A stretch of DNA of 64,000 bases, from IMG/VR virus record IMGVR_UViG_3300037515_000764. One strand, written 5' to 3'. A model generated the notes under the pieces. The model was not told the DNA's origin. It did not search any database and saw nothing but the letters and a program-made list of their open reading frames with translations. The first letter of the stretch is position 1. Each line of letters starts with the position of its first letter. Below are positions 62,628-64,000 of this stretch, piece by piece. Origin of the DNA: an uncultured virus (IMG/VR IMGVR_UViG_3300037515_000764). Taxonomy: Duplodnaviria; Heunggongvirae; Uroviricota; Caudoviricetes. Made by a program: the position numbers and the translations under genes.

Positions 62628-63155
62628 CTATTTCCCTCCAAACAGAAGTTCTGTCATGTTTTCCGGTTGTTCATTGTTATTTACATTAGCTTCTGAAGCA
62701 GTTTTAAGTTCTTCTTCGCTAATGGTAAAAAGCCCTTGCGCCCAAGACTTCTTTGAATCTTCAGGGGTTTGACCTAATTCCTTCAAAAGGTTGGCAACTT
62801 CGCCTTCAAGTTTTACAACTCGACTAGATAATTCTTTAACTAAAGTATTGGCAGCTTTAAACTGTTCAATAACCGTGTTAGCAAATTCATCATCATAAAC
62901 GGGCGTTACTTCTTTAACCTCTTCTTCTTCCTCTTCAACAACTTCTTCTTCGGGCGTTAAAAGACCGACGATTTGTTTAAGAGTTTCTAAAACTTCATTT
63001 GATTCTTCGCTCGATTTTTGCGGAAGACCTAATGATTGCCCTGTTACAGAAATCGTTGTAAGGCTATCCGTAAATCCTTTAATATCTTCCGGCGTATAAC
63101 CGGCCTCTAATAGAGCGTTAGCTTGCTCTACAGAAATGTTTTTTACTTCACTCAT
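62628..63155 (-). CDS. Capsid scaffolding-like protein
   Basis: Acidic coiled coil between protease and capsid genes. Confidence 0.6.
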   Translation of the reverse strand: MSEVKNISVEQANALLEAGYTPEDIKGFTDSLTTISVTGQSLGLPQKSSEESNEVLETLKQIVGLLTPEEEVVEEEEEEVKEVTPVYDDEFANTVIEQFKAANTLVKELSSRVVKLEGEVANLLKELGQTPEDSKKSWAQGLFTISEEELKTASEANVNNNEQPENMTELLFGGK

Positions 63156-63728
63156 TTAATTCTCCTTTAAATTAACAAATGTCAGAGTGTTTGCGGCTCT
63201 TTCTAATGGTAGAATAGAAATCTCCCATGAGATATAAGATTTAATAATATTTTTTTCTTTTCTTTGATATATCATCCCATGCGAAACCCCTAATGGTCTT
63301 GGATGTTGGAATAAAAATTTAACAAAACTTTTAGAATCTTCGTTAATAATGCCAGAAGCAAAAGCGACATTGTTTTGTTCGTCGAAACCTAAAATGTCAG
63401 TAGTGCCGATTAAATCAATGTTCTTATTGTGGTGGAAAAGCAGAACAGGGTAGGGTACAATACCAGTATTAACGGCTTTGGCGAATTTGCTATGTGATTC
63501 GGCCGACAAGAATTCACCGTCTCTATCTAAAAAATTGTTAGAGAAAGCTAAGAATAGTCGCAAACTTCCGTCTGACATTTCTTTAAACATGGCGATATTT
63601 TCAGTAGCAGATATGGCGGCTATTTGTCTAGCTGCACCTGCTCTAGTCATATGACAACCGAGACTTTCGTTAGAATTATCCTTAACTACACAGTATTCGT
63701 TTTCTCTTTTAATAATTTCATACGGCAT
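63156..63728 (-). CDS. Prohead maturation protease (HK97 family)
   Basis: DRDGE, LLFHH, GVSHG, EISILP...AAN. Confidence 0.75.
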   Translation of the reverse strand: MPYEIIKRENEYCVVKDNSNESLGCHMTRAGAARQIAAISATENIAMFKEMSDGSLRLFLAFSNNFLDRDGEFLSAESHSKFAKAVNTGIVPYPVLLFHHNKNIDLIGTTDILGFDEQNNVAFASGIINEDSKSFVKFLFQHPRPLGVSHGMIYQRKEKNIIKSYISWEISILPLERAANTLTFVNLKEN

Positions 63729-64000
63729 TTTTTCCCTCTTTACACGATACTACCTTATCTAATTTTTCTTCGACGACGTCCAATCTTTTATAAACACTTC
63801 CTTCAAAAACATCTAATCTTCCATAAATATTTCCTATACTATCTTTTAAATCAGTAACAGCTTCAACCAAGCTTTTCGTAGCAGTTGTTAATTCTTTTTG
63901 GTCTGCTACTATTTGTTGACGTATTAAAGAATCGCTTATTTTTTCATTTGAAAGAATAACAAAAACTTCTTTGAACGCTTCGATTGAATTTTGCGCCGTT
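63718..64000 (-). CDS. Partial CDS, coiled-coil protein
   Basis: Open frame from the right edge to TGA at 63718-63720. Confidence 0.55.
   Translation of the reverse strand, partial: TAQNSIEAFKEVFVILSNEKISDSLIRQQIVADQKELTTATKSLVEAVTDLKDSIGNIYGRLDVFEGSVYKRLDVVEEKLDKVVSCKEGKNAV

Noticed and set aside
1..64000. Stop-codon reassignment
   Set aside because: Long conserved genes are intact in code 11, and TAA, TAG and TGA all end coupled genes. No suppressor tRNA is seen.

Overview
This is a 64-kb, AT-rich stretch of a tailed (siphovirus-like) dsDNA phage, probably most of a circularly permuted genome. No host genes, integrase, CRISPR array or reverse transcriptase are visible. Layout: (i) 1-3.8 kb, minus-strand genes (possible terminase small subunit at the left edge, T5orf172/GIY-YIG, Nmad1/DUF1599-like, HslV-like peptidase); (ii) 3.9-4.6 kb, a non-coding ~12-13-bp-period CTATTAG array whose polarity inverts mid-way; (iii) 4.65-40.9 kb, plus-strand early/middle genes: many tiny ORFs, SLOG protein, RNA ligase, Cas4-like nuclease, AAA+/vWA pair, C5 methyltransferase, an odd tRNA cluster, a nucleotide-metabolism cluster, DnaE, DnaB and primase; (iv) 40.9-64 kb, minus-strand virion module. 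Best leads: an ACAC-N8-GTGT box abutting the -35 of a distinct promoter class, which also drives two unannotated small RNAs (one anti-Shine-Dalgarno, one with twin GAAAUGA loops); a 2580-aa tape measure almost free of Cys/Trp/His/Tyr/Met inside an otherwise Cys-rich virion with a CxxC membrane protein; tandem promoter-micropeptide cassettes; non-canonical tRNA-like RNAs; and strong GATC avoidance. All calls are from motif recognition by eye. No searches were run, and residue/site counts are manual.
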